Source: Macrostomum lignano
Taxonomy: Eukaryota
Length of the DNA: 64,000 nt
Assembly (NCBI GenBank): GCA_002269645.1
Contig: NIVC01000578.1
Coordinates: 448,549-512,548 of the forward strand
Direction: 5' to 3'
Every line of letters begins with the position of its first letter. Position 1 is the first letter of the stretch. The notes beneath the pieces were generated by a model that had not been told where the DNA came from, searched no databases, and saw only the letters and a program-made list of their open reading frames with translations. Shown here in pieces: positions 10,261 to 21,845 of the stretch. Position numbers and translations under genes: made by a program.

Positions 10261-13200
10261 AATCCGAGTATCTACCAAAGGAGCGGCAAGGTGAGCGGGA
10301 CTCACCTGGACAGCCACTCAGAGTGTCAGCCAACTGTAAGTCCCATGGCACATCAAAGAACAATCCCGTGAGCTGCAGCCGCTGAAGCCCCGGTGGCAGC
10401 GGACTGCCCGGCTCAGCTCCGATAGAGCACCGGCTTCCGTGAATCTCCAATCGAAGGTCCGCAAGGCCGGCCGGCAGGCAGGCAGCGGAGGATCTGGCGG
10501 AATTGCTCATCTGAGGCTCGAGACACAAACAGTAAATCGAGGCTCTCAAGCGAAGGCAGGGTGGGCAGCAGCCACAATGCTATCTTCTTATTCTTGTAAT
10601 GTGATCCCCAGTAGTGAAGGCTCAGATGCCTCAGGCCGGGCACGGGCGCAGGCGGCTGGTCGGTCCTGAGATCGAAGGTCCCGCCGAAAATTTACACTCG
10701 TATCTCCGTCAGGTTCGGCGCGATGCTCAGCACGCGGGGCAACTCTGGAGGGCGGCGAGTTCAGCGAGGGCATTCAACGAAGGACCGCCGGCAGTCAAGC
10801 AGTTCAATAATTCTAAAGAAATTTATTTAAACCCAACTGTTGCTTGAAAATGCATCAACGGCTTCAACTGTTTCCAATTTATCAGCTCAAAACTTGATAT
10901 TTTTTACCGCCTGAGCTTCCGAAGATGAAGTGAAGCCAGTGTGGCTCGGGTCCCCAATGGTTTCACAAGTCCATCGGCCTGGATTCAGAATAAGCACTGA
11001 TACAGACGAGTGGCAAGCGCAAAGTCCTGCAGTTGCCGCTCTTCCACTCTTTTTAGCCGTCTTTGAAACTGATTTTCCAGATAGTGACTCTAAAGGCGGG
11101 GCGGCCCGTGCTGTGAAATGGGGAATTCAGCAGCGCGTATGCATTTTTAAGCAGTTTGAGCCATTGATGTGCTAAAGAGCGCCCACCCCATTTTTCCAGC
11201 TCCGTACGTCAGCCGGCTTTCTCTCTCCAACCCTGGCCGCTTAGTAGTAAGCATAGTGTACATTTACGACCACCACCCCACGCAATGCAGTAGTCGACTA
11301 AATATTAAATAAATTGCATCGCTTCGCCCACTGTGGCTTTCGTACTTCTTCGTGCAACTGCCAAATCATGCATTGAACTCTTACATGGCGTCGCAAGCCA
11401 TAGCACTTATCGCCACCTGGCGCTTTCGATGAAGAAGGTGAGCCGCATACCATCGCTTAAAAGTGGAAAAATTGGACTCGGCGCTTCGAGAGCTACCTTG
11501 TCGCGGCCGGCATTAAAGATGAAAATCAAGCTCAAGAAATCCTACTCTACTCAGCCGGCGAATTCATCCACTTGCTCGTCGAAGCATTGCACGAGGCGAA
11601 TCAGCCAAGAAACTAGCACAAAACATCCAGAGCCACCTGGACAAGAAAAACAACATCGTCTTCCTACGATACATATTTGAGACCTGCCGACAGCTAGAGG
11701 GCGAAGGAATCGATGCCTGGTATGTCCGACTGAAGAAACTGGCGGAGCCATGCAAGTTCGGCGACTTGAGCAACTCGCTAATCCGGGACAAGGTTGTGGC
11801 GTACTGCCAGTCTGAGAAAATGCGGCGCGATCTGCTGCATTCAGGCGACATCAGCCTGGCGGACACGCTGACCAAGATCCGCGCCAGAGACAGCGGAGCG
11901 ACAGGCGCAAGCAATGGAGCTCGGAAGCCGACCGGTGCCGGAGGACGTGGCAGCAGTGAGCAGCAGCGGCCGCGGCTCGAGAGCGGCAGACGGAAAGTCA
12001 CAAGTCACCTGCAACCGGTGCGGCAGACAAGGGCATGCTGAATGCGACGCCGCCCGGGGCAAGTCCTGCAGGAAATGCGGCAAAATCGGACATTTCGCCC
12101 GTGTGTGCAGGTCCAGTAAAGCCGGCCAACTCAAGGCCATCCCGAGCGAGCAGGAGAACGTGACCTACCTGCTGGACAAAGACTCCGCTCCGTCCAGAAG
12201 GGAATCTTCCACGTGGCCAGTGATCCGGCGTCAGCGAGAGTGACCGCTCAAATCGGCGGCACCTCCATGGACATCCTTATCTACAGCGGGGCCGGCTGCA
12301 ACATCATGGACGTCAGCAGTTTCAATGGCCTGCCACACCGACCCCCACTGCAGCCAGTCAGCAGCCGGCTGTTTGCCTACGGAAGCTCGCACCCACTAAA
12401 GCTGGTCGGCAAGATGACTCTGCCTGTAAATGTTTTTTGTGTATCCAGAGAAGCGCCTTTTTTATACCCGCCCAGCAGTCAGCCGGCAGCCGAGGTTCTC
12501 GCCGTCCACCGATCAGAGGGCCTCATCGACCAACTGCTGAAAGGAAATCGATCAGCGGACGAAGGCCTCCCAGAGCAACTGCAGCTGAGCCACATCCTCA
12601 CCAAGCACGCTCAAGTGTTCAGCGGCATCGGATGCGTCAAGAACTACACGGCAACGATCCACCTGACCGGTCTGCCACGCGCCCTCAAGGGTTCCTGTCC
12701 ACCTGGCCGCAGCGGTCGACAAGGAGCTCAAGCTGCTCGAGGACCTGGACATCATCGAGCCTGTCAACGGCCCGGCACCCTGGGTGGCTCGGATGGTCGT
12801 AGTGCCAAAGGCGCAGACCGGCGAAGTTCGAATCACCCAGGACCTCCGAGCTGTCAACAGGTTCGTCATCAGGGAGCGACATCAAATCCCAACTTTCGAG
12901 GAGGTGACTGGGTGCATGGCAGGCGCCAAAGTCTTCTCGGAGCTGGGTGTTGCCAAGGCTTTCTACCAGATCCTTGTGGCGGAAAGCTGCAGGAACCTGC
13001 TAACCTTCTCGACACCACGGGGGCTGCGACGGCTCAAGCGGTTGTGCATGGGCCTCTCCACGGCTCAGGAAATCCTCCAAGTCGTCATGTCAGGCATCCT
13101 GGCTGGACTCGACAAGGTCAAGTGGATCCATGACGACATGCCTCGCCCGCCTCCAGCAACACGGCGTCACGCTCAATCCCGGAAAGTGCAAGCTGGCCAG

Positions 13201-14908
13201 AGACAAGATCACATTCATGGGCATGCAGCTCTCAGCCAGTGCAGTGCAGCCCACCGAAGACAAGATCGAGACAGTCAAAGCATTCAAAGCTCCAGAGACC
13301 GCCAGCCAGGTGAGGTCATTTCTAGGCCTTGTCAACTACCTGGCTGTGTTCACACCGCAGCTGTCAAAAATCGCTGAGCCACTGCGGCGCCTGACGAAGA
13401 AAGGCGCGGTCTGGAGATGGAGCGAAGCTGAAGACGCCGCTTTCAAGCAGCTGAAACAGCAGATCACGGAAGCCGGCGCCCTTAGCTTCTTCGACCAGAG
13501 GCTGCGAACCGAGCTCATAGTCGACGCCGGTCCGAGGGGACTCGGAGCCATCTTGGCGCAGCGGCGAGAAGATGGCACTTCAAGACCAGTGGCTTATGCC
13601 AGCCGGTCGCACTCCGATGTAGAGTCCAGATACTGCCAGACTGAAAAGGAGGCGCTGGCAGTGAAATTCGGATGTCTCCGATTCCAATACTACCTCGATT
13701 CGATGTGATCACGGACCACAGGCCGTTGGTCAACATGCTGGCGCGAGGGTCGAGGCCGCCTCCTAGAGTCGAGCGAATGGCTCTTCAGCACATGAACTTC
13801 AAGGTGGTGTACTGCCCAGGGCCCCAGAACGCGGCAGACATCCTCAGCGGACAACCGCTAGCGACGTCCGGGCACAACAAAGATGCACAGCAGGACTCCG
13901 CCAGCATCGGTGCGGTACTGCAGGCCGCGGTGCCGAGAGCGCTCACGGTAGAGGACATCAGGCGGCACTCGCAGGCTGACTCGCTGATCAGAGCCGCAAT
14001 CGCCGCCATCCAGGGAGCCAGGTGGGACCTCAGCCACCCAGAGCTGAGGTCACTGCATCCACTACGAGACGAGCTTGCTGAGGAGGACGGAGTGCTGCTT
14101 CGACGGGACAGGATTGTGGTGCCAAGCAGCCTCCGGGAGACGATGTTGCGCCTCGCACATGCCGGACACCTGGGACTGCGGAAGACACTGGCCAGGCTGA
14201 GCAGCAAAGTCTGGTGGCCAAAGATGAGCGCAGATGCGGACAAGGCCGTCAGCAGTTGCCGCAGCTGCATCATGGCGTCACATAAGCCGACAGTCAGCGC
14301 GACGCCACTGCACCCGTCGAGCATCCCAAAGGGCGCCTGGCTGTCGATTGGCGCCGACTTCCTCGGTCCGGTGCAGAACAAGATGCTGCTCGTTTGCGTG
14401 GATCACTACTCCCGGTATCCCGAGGTGCAGGTCATGCAGTCTACTACAGCGGAGGCAGTCATCCCGAAGCTGCGGGAATCATTTGCAGGTTCGGCATCCC
14501 GGAGGAGCTCGTTACGGACAACGGGCCTCCATTCTCGTCGGAGCAGTTCAAGGACTTCCTCAGGAGCTTCGGAATTCGACACCGGGCCATCACTCCGCTC
14601 TACCCTGCGACCAACGGCATGACCGAGCGCCTGAACAGATCGATCAACAAGGTCGTCCGCGCTGCAATCGCGGAGAGCCGGGACTGGCGCGAGGCTATGG
14701 ACGAGTGGATTCTGGCGTACGGGACGGCGCCACATGCCACAACCGGACGCGCATCCGCGCAGCTGCTGATGGGCCGCGCTATGGGCAACGGCGTCCCTGG
14801 CCGGCGGCCACTAGCGCGGTGCGCATCAACGACAAGGAGCTGCGGGAGCACGACCGCAAGCAGAAGCTGACGATGAAGCGGCACGCCGACGCTGCTCGGA
14901 GACCAAGA

Positions 14909-16223
14909 GCTTGCTCATGCTGCACCTACCTTCTAGTGGTAGCAAGTGAAGACCGCACGCCTCGGCTGTGCGGAAACAAAAAGGGAGCAGCAAATGCAAT
15001 GGAGGCCAAAAAAGATGTAAAAATCTGCAGCGGCTGATGCACTCTAATATCAAAAACTCATTGGCAAAGAGCGGTGACGTGGAGCGGAACCCGGGGCCGA
15101 AGACTTGGCCCAAAGAGAGACGGCAACGACGACAACAAAGAAGAAAGGCAGGCGAGGAAAGAAAGAATAAGAAGAAGAAGAAGATACAGGCCAGGGTCGT
15201 CGAAGCCGGCGTGGAATCTACCGCCCTCTTCGACTCAGCGATGCGCCCATGGCACAAGAGAGAGATCAAAACACTACAAGCAAACATTGACAAAATATAT
15301 CGGCACATCTGGAGCAGCAAAACGAAACAGCCGTTTCGCGAGATGGAAGAACGGGGAGTGAACATGTTCGAAGTGCGTAGGCAACTACAAGTAAGGAGCA
15401 TAGAAAGCAAAATAGAAGTCAGAACGCTAGAAAGGATCGGCCACCTACTCCGGATGGAGAACTCCCGGATCACGAAGCAGGTAACCCTAGGATGGCCAAA
15501 GAGAAAACTACCAAGGACGACAGCAAGAAAGCGCAAACAAATAACCATCGACTACTGGCGAAAAGTAATAAGAAAAGCTGGATACGAACCGGACGATATC
15601 GAGCAGATCGCAAGGGACCGAAGATCTTGGAAAGCGGCAGTGAAGGCAAGATTGGATTACGTAACTAAATGGGAAGAGATGAAAGCGACGAACAAGAACA
15701 CGACCATGCCAAGGGACCAGACAGGACGTCAAACAGAGGACAGATACTGCACCATCTGCAACAGAGAGTTCAAGACTCACACGGGATTGAAGATACACAA
15801 CACCAGAATGCATCGTGAACAAAGAAAAGAGGAGAAGAAGTGCCAAAGATGCGGAGACATCCTAAACAACAAAGCCAGCGAAACGAACCACCTGAAGACC
15901 TGCAAAGGCGCCCCGAAAGGGACATGCCCGTACTGTCTCCAGTCCAGAAGCGCCAGCAACATGGCGAGACACATACGCACCTGTGCGCAGTACAACGACT
16001 TACAAATAGGATACCAACAAGAGGAAGAGGACCAAGACGCCGAAACGACGGACAAGCCTGTACCAACCGAAGCATCGAGTAGAGCGAAGACTGCTTGCCC
16101 AGGCTGCAACAAGAGTATCTCGAATACAAATTTAGCAAGACACCGGAGAGTGTGCACCGAGGAAACCAATGAGTGCCATGCCTCTTAGGAGGTCGATTGG
16201 CCATACAAGACAAGACAAGACAA
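14909..16223 (+). mobile_element. Internally deleted non-LTR (RTE-like) retroelement nested in the gypsy 2 integrase
   Basis: TSD GAGACCAAGA at 14899-14908 and 16224-16233, (CAAGA)n 3' tail. The integrase reads ...HADAARR before it and HNYAVGDQVLW after it. Confidence 0.85.
15037..16188 (+). CDS. 383-aa ORF: 2A-like peptide, basic linker, post-RT LINE domain, zinc fingers
   Basis: GDVERNPGP at 15073-15099; LERIGHLLRM...KQVTLGW...DRRSW (C-terminal LINE ORF2 region); one C2H2 and three C2HC-like motifs; no APE or YxDD core. Confidence 0.7.
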   Translation: MHSNIKNSLAKSGDVERNPGPKTWPKERRQRRQQRRKAGEERKNKKKKKIQARVVEAGVESTALFDSAMRPWHKREIKTLQANIDKIYRHIWSSKTKQPFREMEERGVNMFEVRRQLQVRSIESKIEVRTLERIGHLLRMENSRITKQVTLGWPKRKLPRTTARKRKQITIDYWRKVIRKAGYEPDDIEQIARDRRSWKAAVKARLDYVTKWEEMKATNKNTTMPRDQTGRQTEDRYCTICNREFKTHTGLKIHNTRMHREQRKEEKKCQRCGDILNNKASETNHLKTCKGAPKGTCPYCLQSRSASNMARHIRTCAQYNDLQIGYQQEEEDQDAETTDKPVPTEASSRAKTACPGCNKSISNTNLARHRRVCTEETNECHAS

Positions 16224-17871
16224 GAGACCAAGAAAGCACAACTACGCGGTCGGCGACCAGGTGCTGTGGAAACGCGTCAACCCGCTGAAGGGCCAAACCC
16301 CATTCGAGAGCGAGCCCTGGACTGTGACCAAAGTGCAAGGCAACTCGCTGAAGCTACGGCGCGGTCAGGCCACCTGCCGGCGGCACTGCACGGCCCTGAA
16401 GGCGCTGCCACCGGAGCCCGACCTGGTGGAGCCGCAGGCGGCGGCACCAGACGCTACCGGCCCCGCCGACGTCGAGCAGGACGTGCCGATCGCCCGCACC
16501 CCGCATCCGAGAGCGGCGAAGGAGGGAATCAAAGCCTACATGTGATTGAGGGGGGTGATTTGATAGTCTTGAAACCCGTTGACCAGTTAACCAGTTTTAA
16601 AAGATGGTTGAAACTGTTACATGCCTTTTGTAACCTTTGCGATTTTTTCGTTTCTCGAAATGCTTTTATTTCGGATGCGTCCGTTGTTATTTTTCAATGG
16701 CAGCGGCAACCAATATTTTATTTTCCCTGCGATCGGTATGTCGTTCGAGTCTCCCCGCGCTTCGAATGCAAGCATCAAGTTTTCAAAAACTTATTTTCTT
16801 TTCTGCGTTGAGGAGAGATGTGAGCCATTGATTTGCTATAGAGCGCCCACCCCATTTTTCCAGCCCGTACGTCAGCCGGCTTTCTCTCTCTAACCCTCGC
16901 CCCCTTATCTGTACTCGTAGTAAGCAAAGTGTACATTTACGACCACCACCCCACGCAATGCAGTAGTCGACTAAATATAAATAAATTGCATCGCTTCGCC
17001 CACTGTGGCTTTCGTACTTCTTCGTGCTACTGCCAAATCATGCATTGAACTCTTACAAGCAGCACCGGGGCTTCAAGCAGATTCCCATGCACGGGTGCCA
17101 GGTGAATATTTAAATAAGCCAAGTGAAAAGGGGAAGGCACTGACGGTTGACTGACAGCTGCACCGACAACACGGAGAGCCGGGGACACTGCCAGATCAGC
17201 AAGGAGCTTAGAAGCATCCATGTCCGGCAGGTGCAGCGCCGAAAGGCGGCCGACGAGCTCAACGAACAGCTGGCGTACCTGATGATCGCCCAGCCAGCCA
17301 TACATAGGGCTGTCAATTTCCAGCAGCGAGAGGCGCGGGCAGCCGGACAGCAGGCAGCTCAGCGATTTGTCTGACAGCCTGCTTCTGCTGAAGCCGAAAA
17401 GACGAAGCTGCCGCAGGTTTGGGCAGCAGCGGCCCGCCACGGTCACGGCAGAGTCTCCGTCAGTGTTCCGCAGGCTGAGGCAGGTGAGGCTCGCTGATGC
17501 GGCCAGCAGCACTGGCTGCCGCAGAAGTGGATCGGCTGTCGACCGCCCTTGCTTAGGTGTCTCATAGCAGGCCGAAATCTCCCGCACGCTGCCGCCCAGC
17601 GAGTCTCTGAGCCGCTCCATCAGCTCAGCTTCCATGGCGTCGACATCAATGCGGATTTTGACTTTCCGCCACAGCCGCGGCTGCATGGCAAGCCGCCGCC
17701 AGCGCCTGCTCAGCTGAGCGCACCGGCCGAGGCTGGTCTGGTCCAGCTCGGACAGGATCTGCGTGAGCAGCTCCTCTGGCAGCTGCTCGATCAGACAGGG
17801 ACTGCCGGACTGCGAGAGTTCGGATTGGAAACAGAAGGGAAACTTCCGGATAATTCAGGACTGCCACAGTC

Positions 17872-18095
17872 TCACCCGCTGCTCAGCCCAGATCCCACAT
17901 CAGGTCGCAGCTCACACTCAGCCCATATTCCACATCAGGTCACAGCTCACACTCAGCCCAGATCCCACATCAGGTCACAGCTCACACTCAGCCCAGATCC
18001 CACATCAGGTCACAGCTCACACTCAGCCCAGATCTCACATCAGGTCACAGCTCACACTCAGCCCAGATCCCACATCAGGTCACAGCTCACACTCA
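17872..18095. repeat. 35-bp minisatellite containing the paralog A exon-0 splice donor
   Basis: Unit CTCACACTCAGCCCAGATCCCACATCAGGTCACAG, ~6 copies; the minus strand repeats CTGAGT|GTGAGC. Confidence 0.9.
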
Positions 18096-18464
18096 GCGCG
18101 GACTCCGAGGTCCCCCGCTCGTCTTCACCGGCCGCCTCAGCCGCCTCCAGCCGCAGAGGCTTTGGCGCCGGACCCTCTTGACTCGCGCAGGCCTCCGCCA
18201 TGGTGCGGCTGCAATGATGAAGCTGCTCTCCAGTCTCTGCGAGCTCAAAGCAGGAAATCAAAACAGTTTCGAGCTTTGCCTGATCTGGGAATTAAAAATA
18301 TGCAGAAACGCCAAGTCCTCGGGACCTTAATTATCTTCATAGGAGAATTAATTCAAGTTTATTTATTTTATTGATAGACAAATTTAGCAAAAATTTAAGA
18401 GACTTTAAAGCCCGTGATGACAGAAAACATAATATTAAAAAGTTTTTGAATTTTTGCCCAAGTC

Positions 18465-19520
18465 TGCCGTTCATCAGGCTCTCTATAATTCAAGAAGGCC
18501 TGAGTCTCCATGCCGTTCATCAGGCTCTCTATAATTCAAGAAGGCCTGAGTCTCCATGCCGTTCATCAGGCTCTCTATAATTCATCAAGGCCTGGGTCTC
18601 CATGCCGTTTATCAGGCTCTCTATAATTCATCAAAGCCTGAGTCTCCATGCCGTTCATCAGGCTCTCTATAATTCATCAAAGCCTGAGTCTCCATGCCGT
18701 TCATCAGGCTCTCTATAATTCATCAAGGCCTGAGTCTCCATGCCGTTCATCAGGCTGTCTATAATTCATCAAAGCCTGAGTCTCCATGCCGTTCATCAGG
18801 CTGTCTATAATTCATCAAGGCCTGAGTCTCCATGCCGTTCATCAGGCTCTCTATAATTCATCAAAGCCTGAGTCTCCATGCCGTTCATCAGGCTCTCTAT
18901 AATTCATCAAAGCCTGAGTCTCCATGCCGTTCATCAGGCTCTCTATAATTCATCAAGGCCTGAGTCTCCATGCCGTTCATCAGGCTGTCTATAATTCATC
19001 AAAGCCTGAGTCTCCATGCCGTTCATCAGGCTGTCTATAATTCATCAAGGCCTGAGTCTCCATGCCGTTCATCAGGCTGTCTATAATTCATCAAAGCCTG
19101 AGTCTCCATGCCGTTCATCAGGCTGTCTATAATTCATCAAAGCCTGAGTCTCCATGCCGTTCATCAGGCTCTCTATAATTCATGAAGGCCTGAGTCTCCA
19201 TGCCGTTCATCAGGCTCTCTATAATTCATCAAAGCCTGGTCTCCATGCCGTTCATCAGGCTGTCTATAATTCATCAAGCCTGAGTCTCCATGCCGTTCAT
19301 CAGGCTGTCTATAATTCATCAAAGCCTGAGTCTCCATGCCGTTCATCAGGCTCTCTATAATTCATCAAAGCCTGAGTCTCCATGCCGTTCATCAGGCTCT
19401 CTATAATTCATCAAGGCCTGAGTCTCCATGCCGTTCATCAGGCTGTCTATAATTCATCAAAGCCTGAGTCTCCATGCCGTTCATCAGGCTGTCTATAATT
19501 CATCAAAGCCTGAGTCTCCA
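18465..19520. repeat. 46-bp minisatellite 3' of paralog B
   Basis: Unit GCCTGAGTCTCCATGCCGTTCATCAGGCTCTCTATAATTCATCAA(A/G), ~23 copies. Confidence 0.95.
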
Positions 19521-19642
19521 TGCACTGCCTACAAAAACAGAAGCAGAAAGACGCAGCCACAAGAAGGCAGATTTGCCAGAAGCAGCAGTGCATTCAGTTC
19601 ATCTCAGCCAACTTTATAAAAATATGTAAATGGACACACAAG

Positions 19643-21845
19643 TCACCAGGGAAACTCGTCCTCAGACCAGCCACCGTTCAGCTCAACGCTCTGCTCGAAG
19701 GCAGCCCGAAGGTCTTCAGCTTCGTCAGCGCAGGAGCGCCACCGGAGGTTCAGGCGGGTCAGCAGCGGGCAGCCGCTGGCGATGCTGGCCAGCGAGGCGG
19801 CCGTCAGCTGACTGCTGAGCTCAGACGACAAAAGCAGCCGCCGAAGTCGCCTGGCAACCGGACTGGCGCACAGGTCGGCCACCGCGTCATCGGTAAGGCT
19901 GGAATAGGCGCACTGGTGAGCCTGGAGCTCGTGCAGGTCGGATGAGGAGGCGGCGAGGCCCTGCAGGTCTCGGAGGTTCGCCCAGGCCTGGCGGGTCAGG
20001 CGGCTGCAGTCGAAGAAGCGAAGGCAGCGCAGGCGGGGCAGCCGGGAGAGCAGAGCCGGCAGCAGGTGGTCATCGCTGCACGCTTGGAGAGCGAGGTGGG
20101 TCAGGCCTGCAGAAAGGAGAGAGGTGGGTCAGTGCTGCAGAAAGGAGTGAGGTGGGTCAGGCCTGCAGTGGGGAGTGAGGTGGGTCAGGCCTGCAGAGGG
20201 GAGTGAGGTGGGTCAGGCCTGCAGTGGGGAGCGAGGTGGGTCAGGCCTGCAGTGGGGAGTGAGGTGGGTCAGGCCTGCAGAGAGTGAGGTGGGTCAGGCC
20301 TGCAGAGGGGGAGTGAGGTGGGTCAGGCCTGCAGAGTGAGTGGGTCAGGCTTGCAGCGGGGAGTGAGGTGGGTCAGGCTTGCAGAGGGGGAGTGAGGTGG
20401 GTCAGGCTTGCAGCGGGGAGTGAGGTGGGTCAGGCCTGCAGAGGGGGAGTGAGGTGGGTCAGGCCTGCAGAGAGTGAGTGGGTCAGGCTTGCAGCGGGGA
20501 GTGAGGTAGGTCAGGCTTGCAGAGGGGGTGAGGTGGGTCATGTCTGCAGAGTGGGGTGGGTCAGGTCTGCAGAGAGTGAGGTATGTCAGGCCTGCAGAGA
20601 GTGAGGTGGGTCAGGCCTGCAGAGAGTGAGGTGGGTCAGGCCTGCAGAGAGGAGAATGTGAGCAGTGTGAGCAACGTGAGTGACACCTGCACAAAGAATG
20701 AGCATCCTCTTGACTCACCTGAGCAGCCTGACAGCGGATCTGTCTGCCGCAGGACCCAGCCGGTGTCAAAGGCGGACCCAGTGAGCTGCAGACGCCGCAG
20801 GCTCAAAGGCAGCGGGCCGCTCACCTCGGCCTCATCCACTGCCAGCTGCTCCAGAAAGTGCAGCCGAAGGTCCGCCAGGTCGCCGGGCAGGCAGCGGACG
20901 ATACGGCGGAAGTCCTCGCCGAGTAAGCCGGACGAGACGGTGCTGAAGCTGCTGAGTGCCGGGAGGCTGGGCAGCAGCTCCAGCAACATCTCGGGGACTC
21001 GGACTCGACCGCCAGGCGGGCCGCCGCCGATGCTGAGCCGCCGCAGGCTGGGGAAGGGCGGGAAGTTCAGCATGGCGGCTTCATCCTGGCTGCTGAGCGT
21101 CTCAACATGCAGGTCGGTCAGGTTCCGGGCGCTGCTCAACACCGTCTGCAGCTCTGGGTGCAGATGGGCGGAGAGGTGCGGGGCTCGCGAGCTGAGACCC
21201 TCAGGATCGGCAGGCTGGGGACTCACCAGGCAGGCTGAGCTGGTAAACAGACAGGCTGAGCAGCAGCGGGCATTCAGGCAGCTCGCTGATGAGTTCCGCA
21301 GCTTCATCAAGAGATATGCTGAGGCTGCTGAGGCGGCCAATCAGATCAAAGAGCAGCCAGCGAAAGTCCGGGTCCCACCAGTCGCTGAGGACCCCCTTGT
21401 CGCTGAATTCCAGCAGCGAGAGGCGCGGGCAGCCGGAAAGGAGGCTGCTCAGCGAGGCGGCCGACAGCGACTTCTGGCAGTCGGTGAGGCGCAGCTCCAG
21501 CAGGCCGGGGCAGCTGCGGCCCGCCTCCGTCACCTCAGCGTCGCCGTGAACCTCCCGCAGGCTCAGGCAGGTGAGGCTGGCGGATGCGGCCAACAGCAGT
21601 GGCAGCCGCTGCTCGGCTGTCAGCCCGCAGGCCGAGATCTCCCGCACGCTGCCGCCCAGCCAGTCTCTGAGCCGCTCCATCAGCTCGGCATCTGCGGTGC
21701 ACCCTTCAATGTGGATTTTGCACCACAGTCGCGGCTGCGTGGCGAGCCGCCGCCAGCGCCTGCTCAGCTGAGCGCACCGGCCGAGGCTGGTCTGGTCCAG
21801 CTCGGACAGGATCTGCGTGAGCAGCTCCTCTGGCAGTTGCTCCAG
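19643..21845 (-). CDS. F-box/LRR paralog B (exons 21227-21845, 20719-21153, 19643-20106); start uncertain
   Basis: Exon lengths 619/435/464 give consistent phase-1 junctions with no stops (~505 aa). It begins at a ttacag| acceptor; an unspliced in-frame ATG exists at 21959. Confidence 0.75.
20107..20650. repeat. ~28-bp minisatellite built from the paralog B exon-3 acceptor junction
   Basis: The minus strand repeats CTGCAG|GCCTGACCCACCTC roughly 18-20 times. Confidence 0.9.

Larger units (their letters stand above)
11155..17057 (+). mobile_element. Ty3/gypsy LTR retrotransposon 2 (Mag-like), both LTRs, degraded ORFs
   Basis: LTRs at 11155-11385 and 16819-17057 (TGTGAG...CTTACA; the 5' copy starts TTTGAG), PBS-like TGGCGTCGCAAG at 11386, PPT GAGGAGAGA before 16819, 5-bp TSD AGCAG. 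Frameshifted gag (CRKCGKIGHFARVC), PR, RT, RH (VDAG, EKEALA) and IN (HAGH...CRSC, ADF, TDNG, ERLN). Confidence 0.95.
9574..18201 (-). pseudogene. F-box/LRR paralog A (exons 18091-18201, 17145-17809, 10306-10744, 9574-10006)
   Basis: F-box EQLPEELLTQILSELDQTSLGRCAQLSRRW plus Cys-containing LRRs; GT-AG phases 0/1/1. Relative to paralog C there is a 2-bp deletion (exon 1), a 4-bp CCGG duplication (exon 2) and a 1-bp deletion (exon 3). Gypsy 2 lies in intron 1. Confidence 0.85.

Noticed and set aside
10800-11150. Conserved A/C/F sequence with LRR-like translations as an extra exon
   Set aside because: Stops and frame differences in all three copies; phase arithmetic works without it, so it is treated as intron 1.
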